Source of the DNA: Capillimicrobium sp.
GTDB lineage: Bacteria > Actinomycetota > Thermoleophilia > Solirubrobacterales > Solirubrobacteraceae
Length of the DNA stretch: 64,000 nt
Direction: 5' to 3'
NCBI GenBank assembly: GCA_035761245.1
Contig: DASTRJ010000028.1
Span: forward strand, 8,200-72,199
The notes beneath the pieces were generated by a model that was not told the DNA's origin, did not search any database, and saw nothing but the letters and a program-made list of their open reading frames with translations. Each line of letters opens with the position of its first letter. Within the stretch, counting starts at the first letter, position 1. Positions 62,435 through 64,000 of the stretch are shown one piece after another. A program made the translations under genes and the position numbers.

Positions 62435-62884
62435 ATGGCTAAGTCAAAGGCTGCGAAGGCGGGAAGCGCAGCGCTCGCCGTCAAGAGCAGTCCGTACGTG
62501 CAGCGGCTGGTTCAGGACGAGGAGCTGCGCGACAACCTGAAGACGGCGTTCGACTCCGCGCGGGTCGCGTTCGACCGCCTCAGCAACGGCAAGGCGCCGT
62601 CGAAGGTGATCCTCGACGACAAGAAGTTCCACAAGGAGCTCCAGAACGCGTCCGAGGCGCTGCAGCAGGCGACCACCGCGCTGCGCGAGGGCCCCAAGAA
62701 GCCGAAGCGCCGCGGCCGGAAGCTGATGCTCGTCGTCGTCGGTGCCGGCCTCGCCCTGGCGCTGAGCGAGGGCCTGCGCAACAAGGTCCTCGACCTGCTC
62801 TTCGGCGCGGAGGAGGAGTTCGACTACACGTCGACGACCGCGCCGGCGTCGCCGCCGCCGGCCCCGGCGGCCACGGCCTCCTAG
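62435..62884 (+). CDS. Hypothetical helical protein with one hydrophobic segment
   Basis: PYVQRLVQDEELRDNL; starts 2 nt after lon; followed by a terminator-like hairpin. Confidence 0.75.
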   Translation: MAKSKAAKAGSAALAVKSSPYVQRLVQDEELRDNLKTAFDSARVAFDRLSNGKAPSKVILDDKKFHKELQNASEALQQATTALREGPKKPKRRGRKLMLVVVGAGLALALSEGLRNKVLDLLFGAEEEFDYTSTTAPASPPPAPAATAS

Positions 62885-62895
62885 ACCCTCGACGC

Positions 62896-62925
62896 GAAGG
62901 CGCCCCACGGGGCGCCTTCCTCGTT
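62896..62925 (+). terminator. Intrinsic terminator-like hairpin
   Basis: gaaggcgcccc-ac-ggggcgccttc followed by ctcgtt. Confidence 0.65.
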
Positions 62926-62972
62926 GAAGGGCGCGAGCGAGGGCCGCCAGGGACTAATGTCCGTGGTCCACC

Positions 62973-63599
62973 GTGGAGGCCGCTTCCACCACCAGCTCCG
63001 GCTCCCGCCGCGCCCTCGCCGGCGACAAGGCGCAGCGCATCGTCGACGCGATGCGCAGCTCGGTGGCGCGGCGCGGCGTCGCCGGCTCGACGTTCGACCA
63101 CGTCGCGCGCGAGGCCGGCGTCTCGCGCGGGCTGCTGCACTACTACTTCGGGACCAAGGAGCGGCTGCTGACCGAGGTCGTGCGCCGCGACGGCGAGCTG
63201 CGGATGGCCGCGCTGGAGCACCAGCTCGAGCAGGCGCAGACCGCCGACGACTTCATCGACCTGCTCGTCGCGTCGCTGGAGGACCTCGTCGCCAACGACC
63301 CCGACTTCGTCGCGGTGACGTTCGAGCTGTTCACGCTCGCGCAGCGCAACCCGGAGATCGCCGCGGAGTACGCCGAGATGCACCGCGGCATGGCGGCGCA
63401 CATCGCGCACGTGCTCGCCGACAAGCACGCGTCGGGCGTGCTCCATCTCGCCGCGCCGCCCGAGGCGGTCGTAGAGGTGCTGCTCTCGCTCGCAGACGGC
63501 GTCGCGCTCCGGATGCTGCTCGAGCCGCAGCGCGACTTCAGCGAGACCGTCGCGGCCGGCGTGGCGTGCGTGCGCGCGCTCGTCGCCGACGTCTCGTAG
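62973..63599 (+). CDS. TetR family regulator
   Basis: VAREAGVSRGLLHYYFGTKERL HTH. Confidence 0.92.
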   Translation: MEAASTTSSGSRRALAGDKAQRIVDAMRSSVARRGVAGSTFDHVAREAGVSRGLLHYYFGTKERLLTEVVRRDGELRMAALEHQLEQAQTADDFIDLLVASLEDLVANDPDFVAVTFELFTLAQRNPEIAAEYAEMHRGMAAHIAHVLADKHASGVLHLAAPPEAVVEVLLSLADGVALRMLLEPQRDFSETVAAGVACVRALVADVS

Positions 63600-63621
63600 C
63601 GGGCTCGCGACGCGGCGCGAC

Positions 63622-64000
63622 CTACGCCGGCCGGGCGTCGCGCCCGCCGCGCAGGCGCTCGCGGCTCTCGCGCGGGAACGCCGTCGCGATCACCATCAGC
63701 AGCTCGACGATCCCGACGACGATGAAGAAGGCGGTCGCGCCGCCGTCGTCGGAGAAGCCGAACAGGAACGGGCTGGCGATCAGCAGCACGCCGAGCGCCA
63801 CGTCGCCGACGATGTGGACCGGGATCGGGATCGCGTCGATCAGGCTGAGCGGGCCGTCGGTGCTCGCGGCCATGACCAGCACGATGACGCCCGCCACGAT
63901 CGAGACCGCCGTCGCGGCGCCCGAGTCGCTGAAGCCGAGCAGGAACGGCGCGGCGATCAACAGCGCGGCCAGCAGGTAGTCGGCGGCCTGGTGGGCGAAG
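63622..64000 (-). CDS. SPW-repeat-like membrane protein, 5' truncated by window edge
   Basis: Two repeats of H..DY/DV...LLIA.PFL.GFSD. Confidence 0.75.
   Translation of the reverse strand, partial: FAHQAADYLLAALLIAAPFLLGFSDSGAATAVSIVAGVIVLVMAASTDGPLSLIDAIPIPVHIVGDVALGVLLIASPFLFGFSDDGGATAFFIVVGIVELLMVIATAFPRESRERLRGGRDARPA

Overview
Very GC-rich actinobacterial chromosome segment. Gene content and the long SRP RNA suggest Thermoleophilia/Solirubrobacterales (inference). Most of it is housekeeping or metabolic: a sugar ABC transporter with three TIM-barrel epimerases, glucan phosphorylase, long-form SRP RNA, dnaX-ybaB-recR, ask-asd, a type E succinate dehydrogenase, icd-mdh and hsp20-lon. The main accessory feature is a 7.3-kb element integrated in tRNA-Val(CAC), bounded by a 36-bp direct repeat (10462-10497 / 17764-17799). 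It encodes a tyrosine integrase, a Vsr / C5-methyltransferase / GIY-YIG module, a candidate rolling-circle nick site (hairpins plus CTAACAGG), a four-ORF coupled module with a split Rep_trans/MOBT initiator, and a HEPN-like protein. It has no conjugation or phage structural genes, so it looks like a defence-carrying satellite or mobilisable element. Other oddities are an HU with a duplicated C-terminal LPGKGGExF motif paired with a membrane protein, a GH3 pseudoenzyme, a coiled-coil/AT-hook/wHTH candidate nucleoid protein, REP-like repeats and tandem lipase paralogs. All calls come from motif recognition by eye; no searches were run.
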